Positions 37,356-46,015 of a stretch of DNA of 64,000 nt are shown here, piece after piece; the first letter of the stretch is position 1; each line of letters starts with the position of its first letter. Origin of the DNA: Acidimicrobiales bacterium (GTDB taxonomy: Bacteria > Actinomycetota > Acidimicrobiia > Acidimicrobiales > Bog-793); NCBI GenBank assembly GCA_050015175.1, contig JBEKBX010000002.1, forward strand, positions 118,614-182,613. The letters run 5' to 3'. The notes beneath the pieces were generated by a model. That model was not told the DNA's origin. It worked only from the letters and a program-made list of their open reading frames with translations, and did not search any database. Both the position numbers and the translations under genes were made by a program.

Positions 37356-38931
37356 GCGACTTGTCGAGCTGACCGGAGACGACCTGAGCGTGCAGGATGT
37401 CGTCGCGGTTGCACGCGGTCGGACCCGGGTCGCTCTTTCCGCCGAAGCGCTCCGGCGGATGCGCCAGGCTCGCGATGTCGTCGACGCGATACTCGCGAGC
37501 GGCGAGCCGGTGTACGGCCTCAATACCGGGCTCGGCTCGTTCGCCCGTTTCCGGATTCCGATCGAGCAGATCAAGCGCTTCTCGTTTGACACCGTGGCCG
37601 ACCTGAGCTCGTCCTACGGCCGGCCGCTGCCCGCTGACGTCGTGCGGGCGATGATGGTGGCCCGGGCGAACGGCATGGCCAAAGCCGGCGTCGGCGTGAG
37701 GTGTGAGCTGGCGCAACTGCTCGTCGAGCTCTTGAACCGGGACGTCGATCCGGTGGTGAGGGAGATCGGCTCGGTCGGCCAGGGCGACCTGTCGGAGATG
37801 TCCGACATCGGCAAGGTGCTGATCGGCATCGGGCACGCCGAGGTCGGCGGCGAGGTGATGAGCGGGCGGGCGGCATTGGCACGAGTCGGGCTGGAGCCGA
37901 TCGAGCTCGCCCCGAAGGAGGCGCTCGCGCTGATCAGCGCCAACGGAGTCACCCTCGGACGGGGCGCCCTCGTGCTGCACGACGTCGCGGACCTCGTCGA
38001 CCTGCTGCAGGCGGCGGCCGCATTGTCGCTCGAGGGCTTCGCAGGCAATCTCTCGATCATCCATCCCGGCACGAGCGAGCTCCAGCCTCAGGTCGGGCCC
38101 AGTACGGCCGCCGACCGGCTGCGCCACATGCTCGAGGGCTCCTACCTGTGGGAACCGGGCGCGGCGCGCAACCTGCAAGATCCGCTTTCGTTCCGCTGCG
38201 TGCCCCGCAGCCACGGTGCGCTCTACGACGCTCTCCACTACTCGCGCTTCAACCTCGAGAGCGAGTTGAACGCGGCCAATGACAATCCGCTCGTGCTCGT
38301 CGGCGAGGGAGTGATCGTCTCGGGCGGCAGCTTCGACGTGGTGGGGCTCGCCATGGCCTTCGACCTGTTGCGCCTCGCCATAGCGAACGCCGTCAAGGGC
38401 ACCAACGAGCGCGTGCAGAAGCTGCTGTGGAACCACTTCAGCGGCCTGCCGAGCGCGCTTGCCTTCGACCAGGGACCCACCAACGGCCTCAAGCCGATGG
38501 GCCGCTGGTGTGCGGCGCTCGCAGCCGAGGCGCGCTCGCTCGCCGGACCCGTGACACTCGACTACGCAGGGCAGGTAGCCGAGGGTGTCGAGGACGACGC
38601 CAGCATGGCCCCGCTCTCGGTGCGCCGGACCCACGAGCTCGTCTCGCTCGTCCACCGCACTGTGGTCTACGAGCTCATAGTGGCCGCCCAGGCGGTCGAC
38701 ATGCGGGAGCGGTGGCCAATTGGGCGCGGGACCACCGTCGTGTACCGGGCCGTGCGCGACCACGTGCCGATGCTGCGCGACGTCCGTGGTTGGGACCCGG
38801 ACATCGAGGGTCTCGTCGAAGCCGTCGCCCAGGGCGAGCTCGGCGCCCGGATAGCCGCCGCGATCGGCGGACGTAAGCAGGAGCCGCGAGTACTGATGGG
38901 GGTGCGCACACCGGACGCGCCCGAGCACTAG
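37348..38931 (+). CDS. HAL/PAL-family ammonia-lyase homologue lacking the MIO-forming Ala-Ser-Gly; candidate ergothionase-type betaine lyase
   Basis: ATG 37348 overlaps the upstream stop (ATGACTGA). It has YGLNTGLGSFA, NDNPLV and QDPLSFRC. The MIO position reads GSVGQGDLSEM instead of GSVGASGDLAPL. Confidence 0.85.
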   Translation: MTERLVELTGDDLSVQDVVAVARGRTRVALSAEALRRMRQARDVVDAILASGEPVYGLNTGLGSFARFRIPIEQIKRFSFDTVADLSSSYGRPLPADVVRAMMVARANGMAKAGVGVRCELAQLLVELLNRDVDPVVREIGSVGQGDLSEMSDIGKVLIGIGHAEVGGEVMSGRAALARVGLEPIELAPKEALALISANGVTLGRGALVLHDVADLVDLLQAAAALSLEGFAGNLSIIHPGTSELQPQVGPSTAADRLRHMLEGSYLWEPGAARNLQDPLSFRCVPRSHGALYDALHYSRFNLESELNAANDNPLVLVGEGVIVSGGSFDVVGLAMAFDLLRLAIANAVKGTNERVQKLLWNHFSGLPSALAFDQGPTNGLKPMGRWCAALAAEARSLAGPVTLDYAGQVAEGVEDDASMAPLSVRRTHELVSLVHRTVVYELIVAAQAVDMRERWPIGRGTTVVYRAVRDHVPMLRDVRGWDPDIEGLVEAVAQGELGARIAAAIGGRKQEPRVLMGVRTPDAPEH

Positions 38932-39004
38932 GGCGCGAGAGAAGGAGGCTCCGGGGCCCCCTTACTCGGGGTCCGCTAGCACCGGGTCGTGGCCGCTCCG
39001 GGCT

Positions 39005-40279
39005 TCAGGTATGCCCGATCTGGACGCCCGGCTCCGGCACCCGGACGTGAAAGGCGAGCCAGCCGATCGCCAGCCCGGTGCCCAGTACGACTTGAGCAAT
39101 GGCGAAGGTCGCGCGCGCACCGAGCGGACCGACGACGGCACCGGCGAGAAGCGGGCTGACGACCGTCGAAAAGGCCCACACGAGGTTGAGCATGCCCATC
39201 ACGACACCGAGTCCCACTCCGGCTCGGTTGGCCCCGGAGGCACCGAGTGGGTACCCGACAGACCACAGGACGGACCGGGCCGCAGCCGTCGCACAGAGCA
39301 TCACGACGACGAAAAGTGGCGCCGCGCTCGCGGTCGCGGGCGACATCACGAGTGCGAGAACGACGCCTGCGCCGAGGATGGTCCGCAGACGCACAGCGCG
39401 CAGACCAGCTCTCTTGGTAACCGCGCTGCCGAGGATGAACACCGCCGCGGCGGCCGAGAACACGATTCCGATCGAGCCCTCGGAGGCGCCGGACTCGTGC
39501 AGCTCGAGTGGCCCGAGCAACGTCACGAGAGCCGCCGAAGCACCGGCAATGCTCACAGCCATCGTCGCTCCCAGGATCCTGAGATCGGATGCAGCCGTGC
39601 GGATGCTGGAGACGACGCCCGTGTGCTCCAACGGGCAGGTGCCTTCAAGGTCGATCGAGGTCAACATCACCGTCACCACGACCATCAGGACGGTGGCGAC
39701 GACGAAAGGTGCCGCGAGACCGAAGTACTGGGCGACGAACCCGGCGAAGGCCGGTCCCGCGATGGAACCGAACCCCGATGCCGTGACGGTTCCGGCGAGT
39801 GACGAATCGTCGCCCGAGGCCCTCGCCAGCCACGTGAGCGCCGCCGTCCACACGATGCCGTAGCCGAGGCCGAAAACGAGGCGGGAAGCGAGCAGCAATG
39901 CGTACGAGGGGGCGAAGGCCTGGCCGAGGGTTGCGAGCACGATGAGCCAACCGGACCACAAGGTCAGCACGCGTGCTCCGAAGTGATCGGAGAGGGCACC
40001 GGCCGGCAGCGAGATGACGAGTGCCGCGACGCCGGTCGCGGCGAGCAACCCTGCCGTTTCCACGCCACCCAGCTGGAAGCGGTGAGCGTAGGAGGGCAAC
40101 AGCGGCGCGATCGCGGACTGGAGCAGCGAGCTGAGTAGGGCGAGGGCGTAGACGAGGCGACGCAGACGGCGAATCCTCGGATCGATCACCCCTGTCTCGT
40201 CAAGTACCGGCGGCCCGGCCGGGTGGCGGTGCCTCCTGGTCATCTGTCGTTGTCCCGCAATGTTCAGGGCCGCCACCAC
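39005..40279 (-). CDS. MFS transporter
   Basis: 424 aa with about 12 predicted TM segments and the MFS loop motif GALSDHFGAR. The start may be the ATG at 40243. Confidence 0.85.
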   Translation of the reverse strand: MVAALNIAGQRQMTRRHRHPAGPPVLDETGVIDPRIRRLRRLVYALALLSSLLQSAIAPLLPSYAHRFQLGGVETAGLLAATGVAALVISLPAGALSDHFGARVLTLWSGWLIVLATLGQAFAPSYALLLASRLVFGLGYGIVWTAALTWLARASGDDSSLAGTVTASGFGSIAGPAFAGFVAQYFGLAAPFVVATVLMVVVTVMLTSIDLEGTCPLEHTGVVSSIRTAASDLRILGATMAVSIAGASAALVTLLGPLELHESGASEGSIGIVFSAAAAVFILGSAVTKRAGLRAVRLRTILGAGVVLALVMSPATASAAPLFVVVMLCATAAARSVLWSVGYPLGASGANRAGVGLGVVMGMLNLVWAFSTVVSPLLAGAVVGPLGARATFAIAQVVLGTGLAIGWLAFHVRVPEPGVQIGHT

Positions 40280-40356
40280 TTACCTATCGGAAGCTGGACA
40301 CTTCATCCTTATATTCATTTTACGACAAGATTGTTCGCAGATAACCTGAATCATTA

Positions 40357-41286
40357 GTGCCAGAACGATCGATTTGGTCGATTGATAAAAGAGTCGACCT
40401 GCGCGAGCTGAGAGCGCTCATCGCCATCGCCGACCTCGGCTCGTTCCGCCGTGCTGCCTCAGAGCTCGGATACACGCAATCGTCGATCTCGCACCAGATC
40501 GCTTCGCTGGAAACTGTGCTCGGCACAGAACTGTTCACCCGGCCTGGGGGCCGTGGTGCGGTGAAGCTCACCGCGAGCGGTGCGGCCGCCTACAGAAGGG
40601 CTCGACGTGCCCTCGGGGAGGTGGAGGCCATCGGTGCCGATGTCGACTCGGCCCGGCGCGGCGAGCGGGCACGGATCCGCGTGGGCGTGTCGCAGACAGC
40701 TGCTGCCGAGCTGATGCCGGTTGCGCTCAGATCGTTTCGCGAGACCCATCCCGACATTGAGGTGGTCCTGAGCGAGGTCGAGGAGATCCAGGCCATCATG
40801 AGCGGGCTGGGGCGCGGACGGTTCGACTTGGCATTCGCCCTCAACCCCGAGCCTGATGAGCGGGCCGAGGCCATTCCACTCCTGGAGGACCCGTGGGTCA
40901 TCCTCACCCGCCGCGACAGCGAGATCGGCGACGTGGAGCACCTCAGTTTCGACCTCATCGACGGAATGGACCTGGTCGCCTGGACTCGCCGCTGGAACAG
41001 CCAGATCGAGCTGGAGGAAGCGTGGCGCCGGCGCGGCATCGCACCGCGCATCGTCTATCGGACCGACGACAACCTTGCCCTCCAGCGCCTCGTCGCCGCC
41101 GGCCTCGGGCACGCTTGCATCGGCCGGCTCGCCGCTCGGCGGGCCATAGACCCGTCACTCACATGGCTCGCTCCGCGCGAACGCCTCACGACGCGCCAGA
41201 TCGCGTTGTGCTACCCGCGGCACCGGGAGATCACCGGCGCCGTGTCCGCGCTGATCTCAGCGATTCGGGCCCACCCGACCGGCTGA
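40357..41286 (+). CDS. LysR-family transcriptional regulator
   Basis: 309 aa with a GTG start, the HTH LRALIAIADLGSFRRAASELGYTQSSISHQIASLE, and a LysR substrate-binding domain. It is divergent from the MFS gene across a 77-nt AT-rich spacer. Confidence 0.9.
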   Translation: MPERSIWSIDKRVDLRELRALIAIADLGSFRRAASELGYTQSSISHQIASLETVLGTELFTRPGGRGAVKLTASGAAAYRRARRALGEVEAIGADVDSARRGERARIRVGVSQTAAAELMPVALRSFRETHPDIEVVLSEVEEIQAIMSGLGRGRFDLAFALNPEPDERAEAIPLLEDPWVILTRRDSEIGDVEHLSFDLIDGMDLVAWTRRWNSQIELEEAWRRRGIAPRIVYRTDDNLALQRLVAAGLGHACIGRLAARRAIDPSLTWLAPRERLTTRQIALCYPRHREITGAVSALISAIRAHPTG

Positions 41287-41296
41287 ACCGGGCCGC

Positions 41297-42517
41297 TCAA
41301 GTGAAGACGTAAGCGTCCGGCTCTTCGAGCTCGGTGTCCAAGCCCGCGAGCTCGATCGCGTCCGGTACCCGGACGGATTCGAACTTGTCCAGGATCTTGA
41401 GGATGACCCAGGTGAGGATGAACGCGTAGGCAGCCACGAGCAGGCCGGCAGCCACCTGCTTGCCGAAGAGCGAGGGATTGCCCTGGACGAGGCCGTTGTG
41501 GCCGGCCAGGTTGACCGATTCGTAGGCGAAGACGCCCACCAGCATCGAACCGAGGAGCCCGCCGATGCCGTGCGCAGCCCAAACATCGAGTGCGTCGTCC
41601 CACTTCATGTGGCGCACCAAGGCGACGGCCGCGTAGCAGATGGATCCGGCGAGCAGACCGATCGCGAAAGACGCCCATGTGGGCACGAAACCGGCGCACG
41701 GCGTCACACAGGCGAGGCCTGCCACCGCTCCCGTGAAGGCTCCCACGATGCTGGGCTTTCCCGTCCTCCACCAGGAGATGGCCAACCACGTGCACATCGC
41801 GACCGACGCGGCGATGTCGGTGTTGACGAAGGCCTGCGCCGCCACGGCGTCGGCCGCGAGCGCCGAGCCGCCGTTGAAGCCGAACCAGCCGAACCAGAGC
41901 AATCCGGTCCCGAGTCCGACGAAGGCCACATTGTGCGGGACCTTCTTCTCGCCCGGTGCGAACTTCCTGGACCCGACGACGAACACCGACGCCAGGGCCG
42001 CAAACCCCGCACTCGTGTGGACGACCATTCCACCGGCGAAGTCCTCGACACCCCAGTGCTGGAGGAACCCGCCACCCCAGATCCAGTGCACTATCGGCAC
42101 GTAGACGAGCAGGCTCCAGACGACCAGGAACTTGAGGTAGCTCTTGAACGCGATCCGGTCGGCGAAGGCACCGGTGATGAGCGCCGGGGTGATGATGGCG
42201 AACATCTCCTGGAAGATGAAGTGTGCCAGAGCGGGGATATGGGGGGCATACGGGCCCGGCGACGCGCCTACTCCTCGCAGTCCTGCCCACGAGAGGTTGC
42301 CTATGACACCTCCGAGGTTGCCGGAGAAGGCGAGGGAGTACCCGACGAGCACCCAGAGCACGGTGACTACTCCCATCGAGATGAAGCTCTGCAGCATTAT
42401 TGTGAGAAAATTCTTTCTTCTCACAAGGCCGCCATAGAAAAACGCCAGGCCTGGTGTCATCACCATGACAAGTGCGGCGCTGATCAGAACAAACCCGGTG
42501 TCACCGTCGTTGATCAC
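41297..42517 (-). CDS. amt: Ammonium transporter
   Basis: 406 aa with a GTG start behind AAAGGAGG. It has TPGLAFFYGGLVR, VEDFAGGMVVHTSAGFAAL and AAHGIGG. Confidence 0.95.
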   Translation of the reverse strand: MINDGDTGFVLISAALVMVMTPGLAFFYGGLVRRKNFLTIMLQSFISMGVVTVLWVLVGYSLAFSGNLGGVIGNLSWAGLRGVGASPGPYAPHIPALAHFIFQEMFAIITPALITGAFADRIAFKSYLKFLVVWSLLVYVPIVHWIWGGGFLQHWGVEDFAGGMVVHTSAGFAALASVFVVGSRKFAPGEKKVPHNVAFVGLGTGLLWFGWFGFNGGSALAADAVAAQAFVNTDIAASVAMCTWLAISWWRTGKPSIVGAFTGAVAGLACVTPCAGFVPTWASFAIGLLAGSICYAAVALVRHMKWDDALDVWAAHGIGGLLGSMLVGVFAYESVNLAGHNGLVQGNPSLFGKQVAAGLLVAAYAFILTWVILKILDKFESVRVPDAIELAGLDTELEEPDAYVFT

Positions 42518-42604
42518 CCAGGCCTCCTTTGGCCGATTCTGCGAACTTCACCGTGCGGTCACATGTTTCGCCATTATGTCGCCCACTTCGCGGCGGTGGC
42601 CAAC

Positions 42605-43087
42605 TTACCTTGTCCGCATCCGCTTGGCCTGCGACCGTGCACTGTGAACAGGACCGCGACGAGCGGCACTGCGACGGGCGGCGCTGCGATGAGCGGCAAT
42701 GCGGTGTGCAGGTTGGCCGCCGGCGCCGCCCGCGATCGGCTTACCGGTGGCGGGGTCGACGCCGTTGCGCCGGCACCATGTTCCGAAGGCTTTATAGCGG
42801 TACGGCGGTGCGTTACGCCAGGAGACCTTGAAGCCGAAACGCTCGCTCAGGGCTCTGTACATGAGGTGCATGCTGATCGTCGCGAATGCGAGGCAGGCGA
42901 AGCCGAACCCGGCCACCGCATAGGCGCATACCCTGGACCAACCCTGGCCGATCAGGAAGAGGACCAGCCACACCGGAGCGGACCAGATGCCGATGGTCGT
43001 GGTCGGCCCCGTAAGAAGGTGAAGGCGTGCGGCCCTGTGCCCGATCCGAGGCGACCACCTCGCAAGGAAGGGGGCTCTTGAGGGCAT
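42605..43087 (-). CDS. Hypothetical small membrane protein with an Arg/Ala-rich repeat tail
   Basis: 160 aa with two hydrophobic segments (VWLVLFLIGQGW, AVAGFGFACLAFATI). It sits directly upstream of amt on the same strand. I recognise no family. Confidence 0.4.
   Translation of the reverse strand: MPSRAPFLARWSPRIGHRAARLHLLTGPTTTIGIWSAPVWLVLFLIGQGWSRVCAYAVAGFGFACLAFATISMHLMYRALSERFGFKVSWRNAPPYRYKAFGTWCRRNGVDPATGKPIAGGAGGQPAHRIAAHRSAARRSAARRGPVHSARSQAKRMRTR
42656..42700. repeat. Imperfect 15-bp tandem repeat x3
   Basis: The units are GCGACGAGCGGCACT, GCGACGGGCGGCGCT and GCGATGAGCGGCAAT. On the minus strand they encode the in-frame AAHRSAARRSAARR tail of the hypothetical protein. Confidence 0.7.
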
Positions 43088-43445
43088 TCGTCTACTTCCT
43101 AAGAGGACCTCGGACCGAGAACGGCGGCGTGGCGACTCTCCAAATCACCCCGCGTCAGTGAAGCACAGCATCATTCTGCCCTGTCGGGCAAGACGTGCTC
43201 GCAATGGTCCGGCTCGTTGCCGGCTCCAGCGGGTGCGGGGCTTCTTGCCCGGCCGGGAGGCGGGCTATGGGCGTTCAGATCCGTGACGCTAGAGTGAAAC
43301 CGACGTCGCGCTACACGACCCCGAGGAGCCTGTTGGTACCTGCTCAAGAGTGATCGAGCGTGCGGGCCATATCGCTTCGACGCCTTCTGGGCGCGGGCCG
43401 CTGGTTCAACACCGAAGTCGATGGTTACCGAAAAGGAGATCTGAC

Positions 43446-45143
43446 ATGGCCATGCCGAGCGACCTTGAGATCGCGCGCCAGGCTCACCTCAAGCCGATTG
43501 CCGAAATCGCGAAGGGTATGGGAATCGAACCGCGGATGCTCGAGCACTACGGCGAGAATGTTGCGAAGATCAAGCTGGACGCTATCGCCGAACTCGCCGA
43601 CCGCCCCAAGGCCAAGTACGTGGTCGTCTCCGCGATCACGCCGACGCCGCTCGGCGAGGGGAAGACGACGACGATCGTGGGGCTCGGCCAAGCCATGCAC
43701 CACATCGGCAAGAGCGCGACGATCTCGATTCGTCAGCCCTCTATGGGTCCCACGTTCGGCATCAAGGGTGGCGCTGCCGGTGGTGGCTACAGCCAGGCCG
43801 TCCCGATGGAATCCTTCAACCTCCACCTGACAGGGGACATGCACGCGGTGACGGCCGCGCACAACATGCTGTCGGCCATGGTCGACAACCACTTGCAAAA
43901 GGGCAACGAGCTCAAGATCGACCTGCACAACATCACTTGGAGACGCGTGCTTGACGTGAACGACCGAGCGCTCCGCAACATCGTGATAGGGCTCGGGACC
44001 AAACAGGACGGCGTCCCGCGCCAGACCGGCTTCGACATCACCGCCGCGTCTGAGGTGATGGCCATCCTCGCGCTGTCGGCGTCCTTAAAGGACATGCGGG
44101 CCCGCCTGGGAAGGATCGTCGTGGGTTACACCGATGACGGCGAGCCGGTGACCTCGGAGGACTTGAAGGGCGCAGGGGCGATGACCGTGATCATGCGCGA
44201 GGCCATCAAGCCGAACCTGCTCCAGACGATCGAGAACACCCCGGTGATAGTGCACGCTGGACCGTTCGGCAACATCGCCCACGGCAACTCGTCGATCGTC
44301 GGTGACTTGATCGGTATCCACACCGGCGACTTTCTCCTCACCGAGGCGGGCTTCGGCGCCGACATGGGAGCAGAGCGCTTCTTCGACATCAAGTGCCGCA
44401 CCTCGGGCCTCAAGCCCGATGCCGCCGTGGTCGTCGCCACGGTGCGCGCACTGAAGGTGCATTCCGGGCGGCACAAGGTCGCAGCCGGGCGCCCGCTGCC
44501 TCCCGCCATCTTGGAGGAGAACCCTGAAGAGGTTCATCTAGGCGGGGCGAACCTGCGCAAGCAGATCGAGAACATCCAGGTCTTCGGCGTCTCGCCTGTC
44601 GTCGCGATCAACGCATTCCCCGGCGACTTCCCCTCTGAGCACGAGGCGGTCCGTGAGATCGCGGCCTCGATGGGAGTCCGAGCGGCGGTGTGCACCAATT
44701 TCGCCGAGGGCGGCAAGGGAGCCACCGAGCTCGCGCAGGCGGTGGTCGAAGCGGCGGACGAACCGAGCGACTTCCGTTTGCTCTACCCGAACGAGGCGAC
44801 GTTGCGCGAGAAGATCGAGACGGTGGCCTCGAAGATCTACGGCGCCGCCGGCGTCGACTACCTGCCGGTCGCGAACCGCCAGATCGACTCCTACGAGAAG
44901 AACGGCTATGGGAACCTTCCGGTCATCATCGCCAAGACGCACCTGTCCTTGTCGTCGGACCCCTCGCTGAAGGGTGCGCCCACTGGGTGGCGCATGCCGG
45001 TGCGAGAGGCGCGTGCCTCGATCGGTGCGGGTTTCGTGTACCTCATCTGTGGCGACATGAGCACGATGCCGGGGTTGTCGACGCACCCGGCGGCCGAGAT
45101 CATCGACATCGACGAGAACGGCGAGATTGTCGGGCTCAGCTGA
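43446..45143 (+). CDS. fhs: Formate--tetrahydrofolate ligase
   Basis: Trimmed to the ATG at 43446 behind AAAGGAGA (565 aa). It has SDLEIARQA, TPTPLGEGKTTT and end-to-end Fhs collinearity. Confidence 0.95.
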   Translation: MAMPSDLEIARQAHLKPIAEIAKGMGIEPRMLEHYGENVAKIKLDAIAELADRPKAKYVVVSAITPTPLGEGKTTTIVGLGQAMHHIGKSATISIRQPSMGPTFGIKGGAAGGGYSQAVPMESFNLHLTGDMHAVTAAHNMLSAMVDNHLQKGNELKIDLHNITWRRVLDVNDRALRNIVIGLGTKQDGVPRQTGFDITAASEVMAILALSASLKDMRARLGRIVVGYTDDGEPVTSEDLKGAGAMTVIMREAIKPNLLQTIENTPVIVHAGPFGNIAHGNSSIVGDLIGIHTGDFLLTEAGFGADMGAERFFDIKCRTSGLKPDAAVVVATVRALKVHSGRHKVAAGRPLPPAILEENPEEVHLGGANLRKQIENIQVFGVSPVVAINAFPGDFPSEHEAVREIAASMGVRAAVCTNFAEGGKGATELAQAVVEAADEPSDFRLLYPNEATLREKIETVASKIYGAAGVDYLPVANRQIDSYEKNGYGNLPVIIAKTHLSLSSDPSLKGAPTGWRMPVREARASIGAGFVYLICGDMSTMPGLSTHPAAEIIDIDENGEIVGLS

Positions 45144-45741
45144 CGCGCCGGCATATCTCGAGGTCGGTCTCGGGAGCTTCCTCGAGCTCGTCTCCGCGGC
45201 CGAGCCGGCGCCTGGCGGCGGGTCGGCCGCAGCCGTAGCCGTCGGGCTGGCCGCGGGACTCTGCGTGATGGCGGCGCGTTTGTCCACGCGGCAGCTGCCG
45301 GACGCGCCGGACCTAGCACTCGCTGCCGCGCGGCTGCGCGATCGTGCCGCTGCACTCTGCCAGGCAGACGCAGAGGCCTACGGACTGGTCGTGTCGGCAT
45401 CCCACGAACCTTGTGGGCCTGACCCCGAGGGTCGCCGGCGCCGGATAGCCGCGGCCCTCTTGGTGGCGACCGACGTTCCATTGCAGGTCGTGGAGACGGG
45501 GGCCGGCGTCGCCGGTCTGGCCGCCAGGATCGCCGAGTACGGGAACCCGAATCTGCTGGGTGACGCCGTCACCGCGGCGTTGCTGGCGGAGTCCGGAGCG
45601 AGGGCGGCGGCCGCTCTCGCGCTGATCAACCTCAAAGGACTGCAGGACGACGACAGGCGGAACCGGATCGCCAAGCTGATCGAGGAGGCCGCAGACAGTG
45701 CCTCCATCGCGCGGCGCCTGTCGGACCAACTCTCGTCCTGA
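45127..45741 (+). CDS. Cyclodeaminase/cyclohydrolase-family protein (FTCD C-terminal domain type)
   Basis: 204 aa. It has PAPGGGSAAAVAVGLAAGLCVMAARL and NLLGDAVTAALLAESGARAA. The TTG start overlaps the fhs end; the start is uncertain. Confidence 0.7.
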   Translation: MSGSADAPAYLEVGLGSFLELVSAAEPAPGGGSAAAVAVGLAAGLCVMAARLSTRQLPDAPDLALAAARLRDRAAALCQADAEAYGLVVSASHEPCGPDPEGRRRRIAAALLVATDVPLQVVETGAGVAGLAARIAEYGNPNLLGDAVTAALLAESGARAAAALALINLKGLQDDDRRNRIAKLIEEAADSASIARRLSDQLSS

Positions 45742-46015
45742 CCGTCTCCTCGACGTCGTCCGTCCAGATGATCTGCCCGACACGGCGACGACCCAACGCC
45801 GCCTCTTTCTCTCGTGCCAAGATGGGATTGTGACCAGGAGAACCACCGCATGAGCCCTGACAACGGGCTCATCCGCGGAGTTGCGCGGCGCCACACAGCG
45901 CTCCGGGCTGCCCGGCGACGGGGTCATCGACGAAGGACCGCGGTTCCTCGCAGTCGACGAGGACGCCCGCCTTGTTTCGCCGCTGTCGGGGTAGCGGCGC
46001 GTTCTGGAGGTCCGA

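Noticed and set aside
37129-38928. 599-aa minus-strand ORF antisense to the HAL-family lyase gene.
   Set aside because: The opposite strand encodes a protein with clear family blocks. This frame is low-complexity (R/G/H/P/D-rich) and has no motif content.
37348-38931. Calling the HAL-family gene hutH (histidine ammonia-lyase).
   Set aside because: The Ala-Ser-Gly MIO triad is absent (GSVGQGDLSEM). The gene is also coupled to DUF917, hydantoinase and carbamoylase genes rather than to hutU and hutI.
43268-43395. Possible ZTP (pfl-motif) or THF riboswitch in the 358-nt leader upstream of fhs.
   Set aside because: Only fragmentary matches occur in the right order (CCGUGAC, GAAACC, CGACCCCG, CGCCUUCUGGGCG). 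The highly conserved CUGGCG and uninterrupted CCGCCUGGGC elements are missing, and I could not draw a convincing P1 or pseudoknot. It is still worth a quick cmsearch (RF01750, RF01831).
45850-45872. Hairpin ATGAGCCC-tgacaac-GGGCTCAT in the 274-nt gap between the cyclodeaminase gene and ftcD.
   Set aside because: It is an 8-bp stem without a U-tract. That is insufficient to call a terminator or regulatory element.
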